A stretch of DNA of 31,384 bases from Candidatus Hermodarchaeota archaeon (GCA_016839805.1 JAEOTO010000013.1:1-31384), one strand, 5' to 3'. Counted from the stretch's first letter, positions 17,479 to 27,724 are shown. Program-made: numbers and translations. Notes: a model not told the origin generated them from the sequence alone.

Positions 17479-18759
17479 TCAAGTTGGATTCTTTCGGAGT
17501 TCTGCTAAGATTTCCTGAGCGCGGTCAAATCGCACACGTTTTTCAGCTATCATTTTTTGGGCTACTTGGTCAACTTCTTTTCCTTCAGCTCCGGCTGCGA
17601 TTGCTACGTTGCGAGAATGCAGCTTCATGTGTCCTGTTTGAATACCCTCCTGGCTGAGAGCCCTTAACGCTGCAAGATTTTGGGCTAACCCAACGCTAGC
17701 TATGACTTCAGCTAACTCGCTAGCACTTTTGACACTGAGAATTTTCAAACATAAGCGCGCCACTGGATGTGTTCGGGTTGCTCCACCTACCAAACCAACA
17801 GCTAGTGGTAATTCTATACTTCCATGTAAATCGCCTTCTGAGGTTTTCTCGTAGTGTGTAAGTGATTGGTACCCTCCTTCACGAGTCGCAGCAAAGGTGT
17901 GTGCTCCCGCTTCAACTGCGCGAAAATCCTGACCGGTCGCCAACAGGACTGCATCAACCCCATTCATTATCCCTTTGTTATGGGTGGCACACCGATATGG
18001 ATCCGCCTGGGCAAAGGCATATGCCTTCAGGATGCCAATCACAGCTTTTGATCCCCCAAGGGCCTTGGCAGGAAACGTAGCTTCTGCCCTTGCTAGTCTA
18101 TATACTGCTAGATTTGAAAGGATTCGGAGGTAGACACGCCCTTTACTGAGATCTTCTATTACTGGAGCCAACACCTCACACATGGTATTCACTGCATTCG
18201 CACCCATGGCATCCCGTGCATCGACTAGCAAATGAACTACGAGCATCGGTCCCATGATGGTTTCTAAACGGCGAATCTGTAAATCTCGTGCTCCACCGCC
18301 AAATTTCACCAGGACAGGATCCTGTGCATTTGCTACTTTCAGTAGATTCGTTTTTTGCTTAGCTATGCTCTTCTGTGCAGCTTCTAAGTCAGGAATATCA
18401 GCCACTTGAATTTGCCCAATCATCACAGGATCTGTGGTGCTAGCTGAAAAGCCTCCGGTTTGACGGCTCATTCGGGCGGCATTAGAGGCAGCTGCAACCA
18501 CGGAGGGCTCTTCTAGGGCCATTGGAACAAGATAATCACGTCCGTTAATCTGAAAATTGGTCGCAATTCCAAGGGGAAAGGGGAACGTGCCTACGACATT
18601 TTCAATCATCCGATCGGCAGTGGGTGCATCTAACGCGCCAAAGGCTTCTAACACAGACTGGTCTTCATCGGTGAGGTTAGCAAACTCACGAAGTTTCTTC
18701 ACCCGCTCCTTTATTGACAAACGATAAAACCCACTAATTGCAGAAGTCTTTTCAGGCAC
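17479..18759 (-). CDS. mvaA: Hydroxymethylglutaryl-CoA reductase, class II
   Basis: ENVVG, EEPSVVAA, DAMGAN, RILSN, THNKGIMNG, GQDFRA and EGIQTGHMKLH. Start placed at GTG 18759 after GGAGTGA. Confidence 0.95.
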   Translation of the reverse strand: MPEKTSAISGFYRLSIKERVKKLREFANLTDEDQSVLEAFGALDAPTADRMIENVVGTFPFPLGIATNFQINGRDYLVPMALEEPSVVAAASNAARMSRQTGGFSASTTDPVMIGQIQVADIPDLEAAQKSIAKQKTNLLKVANAQDPVLVKFGGGARDLQIRRLETIMGPMLVVHLLVDARDAMGANAVNTMCEVLAPVIEDLSKGRVYLRILSNLAVYRLARAEATFPAKALGGSKAVIGILKAYAFAQADPYRCATHNKGIMNGVDAVLLATGQDFRAVEAGAHTFAATREGGYQSLTHYEKTSEGDLHGSIELPLAVGLVGGATRTHPVARLCLKILSVKSASELAEVIASVGLAQNLAALRALSQEGIQTGHMKLHSRNVAIAAGAEGKEVDQVAQKMIAEKRVRFDRAQEILAELRKNPT

Positions 18760-18893
18760 AGTGGTCACTCCAAGGTGTTTCTGCATTGAGTTCACTTATC
18801 AAATTTTCCTGTCAGTGCTCACCATTCATTTGGGCTTTCAGAATTGGGAGATAAAACTAATTCAGGAAAATATCCAATAGATTGTGAAGTATC

Positions 18894-19403
18894 TTATTTT
18901 TCGCGAAGTTCCCAGATACAAGAATCCGCTCCCCATGTTCGACACTGAACTTCTTCGCATTCACTGTCAAAACCGCGGAGGGTTAGAACGTGTTGGAATA
19001 CGCCACTAAGAATATTGCAATACTTCAATCCATTAAACTCATCAGACATCCGAATATTCTCACAGATCGGACACTCATCAAAAATATAGACGATCTTCTT
19101 TTCTGACGGATCATAATAGGCCTTATCAAACGCTTTTCCTAACATCACCCGAGTTGCTAGAGTGAACGTGTCAAGGAAGCCATCAAAGGTGGTAGCGTGC
19201 TCACCTATGGTATCACTGTACTCGAATAACAAGGTTTCAGCCATCGCCATCCCCAGCCGTAAGAGCTTCTCATTAGCAGCTTTAATGTCGCCTTTAGTTT
19301 GTCCAAGCACGTCATCTATAACCGCAGCAACCAATGCTTGGAAAGCATTCAATGATGTCTTTCGCATCTTCAAGTGCCAGCCGAGCCAACCTTTGACACC
19401 CAT
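18894..19403 (-). CDS. V4R (4-vinyl reductase)/TRAPP Bet3-like domain protein
   Basis: L..LG..MA helix, ECPIC, YCNILSG and EVQC...G...C pattern typical of the V4R fold. Confidence 0.8.
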   Translation of the reverse strand: MGVKGWLGWHLKMRKTSLNAFQALVAAVIDDVLGQTKGDIKAANEKLLRLGMAMAETLLFEYSDTIGEHATTFDGFLDTFTLATRVMLGKAFDKAYYDPSEKKIVYIFDECPICENIRMSDEFNGLKYCNILSGVFQHVLTLRGFDSECEEVQCRTWGADSCIWELREK

Positions 19404-19470
19404 ATTAGATCACCATACATCCTAACATGCAAAAACTAGCGTTATGAATCATTCGTTCCTTTGGATACTC

Positions 19471-19956
19471 TTAGAACCGTTTTTCGAAATCCACAAGACC
19501 TCGCTTTTGTAAGTCTAACAACATTCGCATGGCAATAAAAAATTGTAGCCCCATCTTCTCAGCAATTTCCTGGAGCGTTGTTTTCCCATCGCAAAGACTA
19601 AGCATTCGAAATTCAGTAATCGAAAGTTTCTGTTTATCTAAATCAGCAATCACACGTGGTACAATACGCCGACTTCGCGTGCCCACCATTGGTGTAGCCG
19701 TTGAAGTAGTAGGAGTGGAACTTGTAGAAGCTGGAGATTGTGTGACTTCAGCTTCATTTGCGGCATGAATTTCAGATACCTCGTGACCCCGTTCTACAAG
19801 ATCCTGATCCAGATAAATGGTTATGACATGTGTGGGATCTCCATGTATATAGGAGTAGGGGAAGGGAAACACGGTTTGCCGTTGTATGGTATCGGGTGGG
19901 ACATCTATGGCTATATACGCCTTGCACTTCTCACAATAGGTGTATACGACAGGCAT
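19471..19956 (-). CDS. Zn-binding N-terminal domain + S/T-rich linker + winged-HTH protein
   Basis: CEKC...HGDPTH.ITIYLD...RG.E N-domain and LCDGKTTLQEIA...L.KRGLV wHTH. Start placed at ATG 19956. Confidence 0.7.
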   Translation of the reverse strand: MPVVYTYCEKCKAYIAIDVPPDTIQRQTVFPFPYSYIHGDPTHVITIYLDQDLVERGHEVSEIHAANEAEVTQSPASTSSTPTTSTATPMVGTRSRRIVPRVIADLDKQKLSITEFRMLSLCDGKTTLQEIAEKMGLQFFIAMRMLLDLQKRGLVDFEKRF

Positions 19957-20082
19957 CAGCGAGCTCCCAGGAATGTTACCGAATATATAGAACATGAAGC
20001 GTTCTTAACGTTTGCTTCTAAATCACTTTAAGTCGGTATAAGTTCAAGTAATTCTTTGTGTCATACAATCAGTCGTCAAGAA

Positions 20083-21378
20083 TTATTCGCTCGCATAAAC
20101 GGCAATCTTGTTCGCGTCGTGGAAGACGTGGATTTGGGAGGCTTGGTCGTTTTGAATCCACATATCTACTATCGACTGGGGGTCTGGCGTGTATGAAAGG
20201 TGAGCAGTTTCGACGCTTGCTTGGTCCAGTGTGGTGTGTAACCAGATTTTACGTAATCGTTGGATAAGTTCTGCAAACTTCCAACTCTTATGTGTATAAA
20301 GCCGATAATTAGACTGGATTTTAGTCATCATCTCAGGAAGAGGCATGATGAGGTAGTCGTAGAAGAATTCACGAGCCTTAGGAGTTGGGGCAATACCTTT
20401 TGGACATTCTGCGAGAAGCAGTATTTCACCCTTATCTTGAACAGCATTTTTAGTAAGTTCTAATCCCCGTTGAGCGTTGTAGAGACTTTCATCCTGTGGA
20501 AAGCCACCTGGAGTAACAATAATGTGATTGGTTGCAGGAACAGTGAAGGACGCTGTCTTGTCAATGACTTGGATTCCTTGGCTTGTGACTCGCTTTATGT
20601 CACCACTGCCAGACCAAAGAATATATGGCCCACTAGTTATTGTGGCAAGAAGAAATACTGGACGGTCACCTATAATCATGTTAGTCGCCTCAAGCATATC
20701 CTCAGCAACAGGATTTTTACGTCGTGTTGGGTCTGGATGAAAGGGATGGCGACCAAATGTGGATTCAGGTTGTAAAGCTAAACTATGATTAGCTTCTATT
20801 GCAGCAAAATCGCAGAGACCTGGAAGAAAATTCTTAATGACGTTGGAATACCCAGCAAAATAGTGATTCTTCATATCCGCTGCGACTACAAAAGACTCCA
20901 AATCCATGATTTCTCTATTTACTTGAACTTTTGTTCCTCGGGTTGTTGTACCAAGGAGTTTACACGAGGATTGCAGGGCATCGTGCACGATGACGCGGTA
21001 GCTGTCAATCTGGTTGTGTTTGCAATTCGTATGAATAGCATCGATAATTTCCTTGTTCCGTACACTATCTGGTTCATGTGAACCCGTAGTAATGATGAAG
21101 GTTAAGTCCTTAGCCGGCTCAAATAAACGGGTTAATTCTTCTACAATTATCTCATGGGGCTCTGCGCGTGTTCCATCTTCGATAAGAACACCCACTCGTC
21201 GATTGGTAATTGTCTCAGAGAGTGTAATACCCGTGGGAGTTTCTAATACGTGGCGAATCTTACCAGCAATATCCTTGGTAGCTTGTTGTTTTCGTGGCTG
21301 GATGACCTCTCCGAGATTCTCATTTGGGATTCGGAGGTTGATGAACCCCTGCCCATAACGGAGTTGGATTGCTGCCAT
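20083..21378 (-). CDS. LarA-family (nickel-pincer-dependent) racemase/epimerase, DUF2088
   Basis: L.YG, DGTR..P, TGSH, HD, GTT.RGT, HYFAGYS..K..LPG, NH, GGFP.D..LY and AEC..G motifs. Confidence 0.85.
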   Translation of the reverse strand: MAAIQLRYGQGFINLRIPNENLGEVIQPRKQQATKDIAGKIRHVLETPTGITLSETITNRRVGVLIEDGTRAEPHEIIVEELTRLFEPAKDLTFIITTGSHEPDSVRNKEIIDAIHTNCKHNQIDSYRVIVHDALQSSCKLLGTTTRGTKVQVNREIMDLESFVVAADMKNHYFAGYSNVIKNFLPGLCDFAAIEANHSLALQPESTFGRHPFHPDPTRRKNPVAEDMLEATNMIIGDRPVFLLATITSGPYILWSGSGDIKRVTSQGIQVIDKTASFTVPATNHIIVTPGGFPQDESLYNAQRGLELTKNAVQDKGEILLLAECPKGIAPTPKAREFFYDYLIMPLPEMMTKIQSNYRLYTHKSWKFAELIQRLRKIWLHTTLDQASVETAHLSYTPDPQSIVDMWIQNDQASQIHVFHDANKIAVYASE

Positions 21379-21384
21379 GATTGC

Positions 21385-22932
21385 TCATTGATTCAGTATG
21401 CCTAGCCGTGAAAAAACCTTTGCCTTTTCTAAAGCCTGGTAACTCTCCGTTTGAATCGAGAAAAGTTCATCGTAGAGGTTTCCGTGTTCTTTTGTAGGAG
21501 AATAGTGTTCACTGAAAGCAGTCATTTTCTCTGCAGCATCACTGACGCTCGAATAGAGTCCTCCACCAACAGCTGCAAGAATGGCTGCTCCTAATGCAGT
21601 GGCTTCTTCAATTTGACTTCGCTGAACCCGTAATTTGGTGACATCAGCTTGGATTTGATTCCATACTTTGCTTCGTGTAGCTCCTCCAGTGAGCCGTAGT
21701 TCCTTGATTGATATGCCGAGCTCACGCATGATATCGAGGTTCCGTCGTACTTCAAAAGAAGTCCCTTCCATGATGGCACGGATGATATCTGCGCGACTAT
21801 GTCCAAGGGCTAAGCCGATGATAACCCCACGTGCTTCAGGATTCCAATAAGGAGCACCAGCGCCAACAAAATGGGGTAAAACGAGGATGCCCCGAGCGCC
21901 AGGTGGAGATTGCTGAGCCTGTGCGTTCATGAACTCATAAGCATCGGTGTTAAGAAATTGGGCGAGTTGTTTTTCCTCTTCTCCGAATTGGTCTCGAAAC
22001 CAGCGATAGATTATTCCGCTGGTGAAAATGCTAGCCTCGACAACCCATTTTTTGGGGACGGCATGACAACTGCACAGTAATCGTCGTTTTGAATCGAAAC
22101 GGGGTTGGTTTTCATATGCAAGTATGAATGTGCCAGTGCCAATGGTAGCTTTGATACGACCTGCTTTAACCACGCCTACTCCAATCGCCCCACATTGTTG
22201 GTCTCCCCCACCAATCACGACAGGAACGTCAAGAGGGAGACCTGTGGCCTTGGCTGCGGCTTTCGTAAGTTGCCCGATTGGTGTTGCTGATGGATATGGT
22301 GTTGGTAGCTTTTCTTGTGGAATTTTGAGCTGGTTACACAAGAGTCTTGACCATTCAAAGCGTTCAACCGAAAATAACATTGTGCGAGAGGCATTACTGT
22401 AATCGGTCGCAAATTCTCCAGTTAGTCGATGTAGGATGAAATCGTGGACAAGTAGGAATTTATGTGCATCTTGGAAAATCTTTGGCTTTTCCTTTCTAAA
22501 CCAGAGAATTTTAGGAGCTGAAAAATAGGGATCGATAGGCAATCCTGTTTCATTGAACACAACATCTGCACCTACTTGATTTTGAATGCTTTTACACTGT
22601 GGAGTCGTCCGTCGATCTTGCCAGACAATTGCGTTGTAAAGGGGCTGTCCTTTCTGGTCAACAGGAACAATAGTTTCACGTTGATTTGTGATACTCACTG
22701 CCGTAATTGCTTTGACTTGTTCACTGATTTGCTTCATTGCCATTTGAGCGGTTGAACATGTGGTTCGCCACCAATCTTCTGCATCTTGTTCTACCCAAGC
22801 AGGGCGTGGAAAAATGGATGAATATTCTTGGTGGGCTTGAGTGACCAGGCTTCCAGTTTTCGCGTCAAACACCGCGGTTCGAGTTCCGCTAGTACCTATG
22901 TCAATTGCAACTACTAGCTGTGAATCTATCAT
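21385..22932 (-). CDS. FGGY-family carbohydrate kinase (xylulokinase/glycerol kinase-like)
   Basis: DIGTSG, EQD, TNQRET, WQDRR, TDYSNASRT, GGDQQ, GTG, GAPYW and GGA..S..W.QIQAD. Start placed at ATG 22932 after GGAGA. Confidence 0.92.
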   Translation of the reverse strand: MIDSQLVVAIDIGTSGTRTAVFDAKTGSLVTQAHQEYSSIFPRPAWVEQDAEDWWRTTCSTAQMAMKQISEQVKAITAVSITNQRETIVPVDQKGQPLYNAIVWQDRRTTPQCKSIQNQVGADVVFNETGLPIDPYFSAPKILWFRKEKPKIFQDAHKFLLVHDFILHRLTGEFATDYSNASRTMLFSVERFEWSRLLCNQLKIPQEKLPTPYPSATPIGQLTKAAAKATGLPLDVPVVIGGGDQQCGAIGVGVVKAGRIKATIGTGTFILAYENQPRFDSKRRLLCSCHAVPKKWVVEASIFTSGIIYRWFRDQFGEEEKQLAQFLNTDAYEFMNAQAQQSPPGARGILVLPHFVGAGAPYWNPEARGVIIGLALGHSRADIIRAIMEGTSFEVRRNLDIMRELGISIKELRLTGGATRSKVWNQIQADVTKLRVQRSQIEEATALGAAILAAVGGGLYSSVSDAAEKMTAFSEHYSPTKEHGNLYDELFSIQTESYQALEKAKVFSRLGILNQ

Positions 22933-23050
22933 TGAAAAACATCTCCGGTTAACAGCTTTATTAGCAGATAAAACTTGTATCCCTATTGGATAACCTACAG
23001 GCTTATGACACTTCATGGCATTTGATTACCATTCATGTTGGTGAAAGTTT

Positions 23051-23818
23051 ATGAGTGATGAGGCATTTAACCAAGCTGCACAGATGATAATGAGCTCCAA
23101 ATCAACTGTGGTCCTCACAGGTGCTGGTGTATCAACAAAAAGTGGGATCCCTGACTTCCGTAGTCCTGACGGGCTTTGGAGTAAGGTTGATCCCGCAAAA
23201 TTTGCTAGTGTCAATGGGTTTCTTAGCGATCCCAAAGGTTGGTGGGAAACGGCACTGGATCTTGCGCCTACAATCATGAACGCCAAGCCTAATCCAGCAC
23301 ACAAAATGCTTGCCCAACTTGAGAAGATGGGTTTAGTTGATTGTGTAGTGACGCAGAACGTGGATGGTTTACATCAAAGAGCAGGAAGCAAGAGGGTGCT
23401 AGAAGTCCATGGAAGCCTGTTTACTGCTAGATGTACGGTCTGTCTTGGCAAGGTAGATCGTAAATATTTGGAGAAAGCGATGAAGAAACGCCAAATTCCT
23501 GTTATGTGCCCAGCTTGCGGAGGCCTAATTAAACTCGATACTGTCTTCTTTGGTGAAGCATTACCTCAAAATGTCTTAGGTGAGGCAATAAATTCTACAA
23601 GAAATAGCCAACTTCTAGTAGCTATTGGTTCATATCTAGTTGTGTATCCTATCGCCACATTACCAACGATAGCTAAACAAAGTGGTGCTGGTATAATCAT
23701 CATTAATCTTGAGCCAACACCATACGATACGGTTGCAGATCTTGTATTCCATGCTGAAGCTGGAGAAACATTAACACAGATTGTGAATACCATTCAGCGC
23801 CTTCAGAAGAAGCCATAA
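23051..23818 (+). CDS. cobB: Sir2-family NAD-dependent protein deacylase
   Basis: GAGVS..SGIPDFR, TQNVDGLH, HGS, CxxC...CxxC, FGE and IN.E.T..D. Confidence 0.92.
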   Translation: MSDEAFNQAAQMIMSSKSTVVLTGAGVSTKSGIPDFRSPDGLWSKVDPAKFASVNGFLSDPKGWWETALDLAPTIMNAKPNPAHKMLAQLEKMGLVDCVVTQNVDGLHQRAGSKRVLEVHGSLFTARCTVCLGKVDRKYLEKAMKKRQIPVMCPACGGLIKLDTVFFGEALPQNVLGEAINSTRNSQLLVAIGSYLVVYPIATLPTIAKQSGAGIIIINLEPTPYDTVADLVFHAEAGETLTQIVNTIQRLQKKP

Positions 23819-23890
23819 TGCTGATCGCTTTATTCAGAACTTACTCTTTTTTATTCCAAGAACTACTTACACACATTAACACTCAATCAG

Positions 23891-24424
23891 TTGCTAGAGG
23901 ATATGATGGTGAAGCAAATTATTGATGCGAAAGAGGGACGAAAGGCGTTTCCTCCTTATCCATTAGCCTTGGTGACAATTCCGGGATCGCCACCAAATAT
24001 TATTACCGCTGCGTTAATCCATGTTTTTTCTTTCGAGCCTTTGCAAATAGGCATTGGAATTGCTCCCACTCGTTATAGCTATGAGCTCCTTAAGGCTGCC
24101 ACTGGATTCGTTGTAAATATTCCTACTAAAGAATTACTTGATCACGTGATATTCTGTGGAACCAAATCTGGTCGGGATGTAAATAAATTTGAAAAAACCC
24201 GATTAACGGATGTTCCTTCCCAAACAATCGAAGCGCCATTAATCGCCGAATGTCCGGTTAACTATGAATGTGAAATTACCCAAATAATCGAGACGGGGGA
24301 CCATCACTGGTTCATTGGAGAAGTCAAAGTTATTCATAAAGATATGAATTTTAGTCGAGAAAACGCGTTATGCTATTGGGCGGGAGAATTTCGCCTTCCT
24401 GGCACACTCCTTCGCCATCGATAA
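23891..24424 (+). CDS. Flavin reductase-like FMN-binding protein (DIM6/NTAB family)
   Basis: P.P..LVT, FVVNIP, CGTKSGRDVNKF, P.IAECP..YEC and GDH..FIGEV. The true start is probably an ATG a few codons in. Confidence 0.9.
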   Translation: MLEDMMVKQIIDAKEGRKAFPPYPLALVTIPGSPPNIITAALIHVFSFEPLQIGIGIAPTRYSYELLKAATGFVVNIPTKELLDHVIFCGTKSGRDVNKFEKTRLTDVPSQTIEAPLIAECPVNYECEITQIIETGDHHWFIGEVKVIHKDMNFSRENALCYWAGEFRLPGTLLRHR

Positions 24425-24439
24425 TAAAAACTGGACAAC

Positions 24440-26167
24440 TCAGGTACGAAGACGATACTGTGCTTCGTAGTTCGCGTAATGCATTTCACGGGGCACATCT
24501 TCACTTCCTGGAATCACTGGTAGGAGGCTAATACGCTGTTGGTGGCGTTGTGTTAGTACTTTTGGAAGTTCTCCACCAAAGGGATGACTGAAAGGTAGCA
24601 TGAAACGATAGTCTTTCCCTAAAATTCCAGCAATACGCGTCAGCATTCGTTTTGATTTACCACCATGTTTGTATCTATAATAGGCAAGGTAAAGGAAACC
24701 ACCGATGAGCTTAATGAGCTGACGATTAATCCACGTTTCTTTGATATCAGCTAGCCATGTATCCCGCCAATGCAGAAGGTTATGATCCCAACATTCAACG
24801 AACATTTCCCATTGCAGTTCCGTCAACCCTCGAAGATTCAACGTTTTCTCTTTTCGTAACGCACAATCCTCAAGTGATACAAAGAACAAAGGTACAAAGA
24901 ACGTCTTGAACCGGCGCAACCGATGAACTAGATCTAATGTTAATAACACATCTTCCTCAGTTTCCTTTGGTAACCCAGTTACTAGAGTGCATAAGGGTAA
25001 CCAATTTGCATCATTAAGAATGCCGTAGGCTTCACACACAATCTCAGGCCATTCACTCACATCATAGGGTAAGGCTTTCCCCCGCATATGTTCTTGCATC
25101 AACCGCGGACTGCCAGTTTCAACTCCTACTTCCACAGTGACGACAGGATTCCCCCGGTAAAAGTATCGGCTTTTCTGCCCAATAGTTTCTGTGATTTCTT
25201 GGACCATCCGCGGATCAATTATCGCTGGTGCTAAAGAGGCATGTGCCGTTTGAACGACATTAACTCCTGGTTCTGCGACAACAGCTTTGTACAAATTAAC
25301 TACCGCTTCTCGATTAGGCAGAAATCTCTCCTTTGATCCATAAAGGAAGACATCATCTGTGTTAAGAAGAATCATGTTTGCGCCGCCTCGAAGGTTCGCG
25401 CGAACCTCTTTGAGGATTTTTTCGATTGGAAAGTTCCGCCGGAACTTCATGGTTGGCGAACAGAATTGACATCCTCGCCCGCATCCCCGAGAAATTTCCA
25501 CAGCCCCATAAATTGCGCCATTGCGAATGATGGGAATATCCTCATCAGCAGGACGCTCAGCGGTGACTATTGGAGGAAGTTTTTCACCTCTTACTGCTTT
25601 CTCAAATATTTTGGGCGCAGTCCTCTCGGACTCACCCATAACAATGCAATCAAACCCGTATTGTTGGCGAAGTTTAGGGTTTTGTAGTTGCCAGGATCCC
25701 GCCCCACCAAGGATCCGGGGCGTTTGGTATTTCCTGAACGCAGGATTTTGCATAAGGCGCCAAAACTCTAATCCAGTTGCTGCTGTTCCACCAAGACCCG
25801 TAAGTGACGTATAAGTCAGGCTCACATATGCCATGCCTAATGGATCCATACTAGAGACGCCAACAACCTTCGTTTTGGGACCCATCACGTGCTTAATTCG
25901 ACTCGGATGAACTGTGATAACATCCTCGTCATCAAACCCGTTCTCCAGCAGGGTTGCTTCAATTTTTCGGAGACCATACGGTGCAAAAGGTGCGGAATGA
26001 TCTGCATTAGGCGGGTCTGGTTGATACAAGCTACGGAGTAAGAATTTTGGGAATAATCGCCCAGGAAATCCGCCAGCAAATGCTATAAAGGGATCTGCAT
26101 CCCATCCTGCCATTTCGGCAATCGAGGCAGTTAAAACAACTTTCCTTCCACCGTTATTTCCCATCAA
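24440..26167 (-). CDS. B12-binding-domain radical SAM protein (archaeal type)
   Basis: APYGLRKIEA, SMDPLG, GGAGSWQ, GE.E, EISRGCGRGCQFC (CxxxCxxC), GVETGS and GLPKET. Confidence 0.88.
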   Translation of the reverse strand: MMGNNGGRKVVLTASIAEMAGWDADPFIAFAGGFPGRLFPKFLLRSLYQPDPPNADHSAPFAPYGLRKIEATLLENGFDDEDVITVHPSRIKHVMGPKTKVVGVSSMDPLGMAYVSLTYTSLTGLGGTAATGLEFWRLMQNPAFRKYQTPRILGGAGSWQLQNPKLRQQYGFDCIVMGESERTAPKIFEKAVRGEKLPPIVTAERPADEDIPIIRNGAIYGAVEISRGCGRGCQFCSPTMKFRRNFPIEKILKEVRANLRGGANMILLNTDDVFLYGSKERFLPNREAVVNLYKAVVAEPGVNVVQTAHASLAPAIIDPRMVQEITETIGQKSRYFYRGNPVVTVEVGVETGSPRLMQEHMRGKALPYDVSEWPEIVCEAYGILNDANWLPLCTLVTGLPKETEEDVLLTLDLVHRLRRFKTFFVPLFFVSLEDCALRKEKTLNLRGLTELQWEMFVECWDHNLLHWRDTWLADIKETWINRQLIKLIGGFLYLAYYRYKHGGKSKRMLTRIAGILGKDYRFMLPFSHPFGGELPKVLTQRHQQRISLLPVIPGSEDVPREMHYANYEAQYRLRT

Positions 26168-26350
26168 AAATCCCTCAGAGCTATATTGCTAAGTGTCTTG
26201 ATAATCACGCTCTGTGTTCATTCTTTTCCTCTTAAATAGGAATTAACTTGGCTTATGTTCATACCTCTAATACTTTTCGCCACTCTTAGTTCTACACCTG
26301 CAACTGGCATATAAATCTGACCAGTTTTGCCACATTATTTTTCATAAACA

Positions 26351-27724
26351 CTACTGGGTAGCTGCTGTCATGGGAACATCCTTGATTCGCACAAAGGGAA
26401 TAAAGGTTGGTGTGTCAACCTCCCACCATCGGATTTGACGTGGTTCCTTTCCCATTGCCTCCACGTTGGCTAACATACGGAGGAGGTTATCAGCAATGCG
26501 TAATTTCTGAATCGGTTGACCAATTTCCCCGTTTTTTATAAGAAACATGCCATCGCGTGGAATTGTAGAAAATGAGCCTTCAAGCTGACTTGTGTAACGG
26601 AGATACCAATTCGATGTCACGTAGATAGTTGATCGTTGGGATTCAAGGAGTTCTTCAAAGGAGGCATCACCCTTAGAAAAGACAATATTTGTAGGAGCAG
26701 GAACAACCAATTTGGTTCCCATGCCAAATTTTATCAGTTGACAATTACCTGTACTCTTTGTTTTTTGCATTCGGGCAGTTGAAGCGTTATGTACCAAACC
26801 CTCTAACTTGCCATTGGTAATAATGGAGGATTTCTGAGTAGGAGTACCTTCGAAGTCAAAAGGAGCGCTTCCCAATCCATTCGGCATTCTACCATCATCC
26901 CAAATTTGTAATGAATCAGGACCTAATTTTTCGCCGAGTTTATCTTTCAGAGGACTCATTCCCATCAAAAACAGCAATGGATTTGCTGATCCCGCTAATT
27001 CTCCAAGAATTGAGGCTGCAACAGTGGGGTGCAAGATTAAATCATATTTTCCCGCCTTTCCCTGTTTACCGTTCACGGCAAGTGACGCAATCTCACCGGA
27101 CTCTTTACCTGCATAAGTGATGGTTTTTTCTATATTTCTAAGCGTTCGTCCAACAGCAATCCCCTGTCCTGAACTTTCAGGATCCACAAAACTCCTAAGA
27201 GTGATTCGATATGTTGATTCAGGAAATGCACCACTAAAACCTCGAGAAGTTTCGAGCATGACGTGAGTTTCATCGAAGAAAAAGGATCCTGCCGTACGCT
27301 TTGCTCCACTCTTTTGTGCGGCATTCACAGCGGCTGTAACCACATCTGGAGCGTGTTCAGGAAAATCCTGAATTCGTTTATCATAAAGGTTTTCAACTGT
27401 TGTCGGTGGTTTGATATCTTCTTGAAGTCCCTGAAATAACGGTGTAGGCTGAAGACTCTTCACAAATTTCGTCAAATGCCCAATTTCTGAGTTGATCACC
27501 TTTAGTGATGGATTAAAAATCTCAGTGGTCCCAATTCGACCATCAATAGCAACAAATACCTCTAACACCGTATACTCCCATTGTTTGAAAATATCGATCT
27601 CAGAATTACTAATCCGAATTTGATGCTCCAATACGTTACGTCCTCGAACTATGGCTTCTCCTTCTGCTGAAGCTATCTTTAGAGTCTGATCAATCATTGT
27701 ACCTAGTTCTTCTTTCCCTGTCAT
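26351..27724 (-). CDS. TldE/PmbA family protein
   Basis: PFDFEGTP, STGN and FSTIPRDG motifs; no HExxxH; translationally coupled to tldD (TAATG overlap). Confidence 0.88.
   Translation of the reverse strand: MTGKEELGTMIDQTLKIASAEGEAIVRGRNVLEHQIRISNSEIDIFKQWEYTVLEVFVAIDGRIGTTEIFNPSLKVINSEIGHLTKFVKSLQPTPLFQGLQEDIKPPTTVENLYDKRIQDFPEHAPDVVTAAVNAAQKSGAKRTAGSFFFDETHVMLETSRGFSGAFPESTYRITLRSFVDPESSGQGIAVGRTLRNIEKTITYAGKESGEIASLAVNGKQGKAGKYDLILHPTVAASILGELAGSANPLLFLMGMSPLKDKLGEKLGPDSLQIWDDGRMPNGLGSAPFDFEGTPTQKSSIITNGKLEGLVHNASTARMQKTKSTGNCQLIKFGMGTKLVVPAPTNIVFSKGDASFEELLESQRSTIYVTSNWYLRYTSQLEGSFSTIPRDGMFLIKNGEIGQPIQKLRIADNLLRMLANVEAMGKEPRQIRWWEVDTPTFIPFVRIKDVPMTAATQ

Noticed and set aside
17479-18759. 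Bacterial-type class II HMG-CoA reductase in an archaeon as a novelty
   Set aside because: Class II HMGR is already known in several archaeal lineages.
26168-26350. 17-codon ORF (MKNNVAKLVRFICQLQV) between tldE and the radical SAM gene as a RiPP precursor
   Set aside because: No SD and no leader/core character; a length expected by chance.
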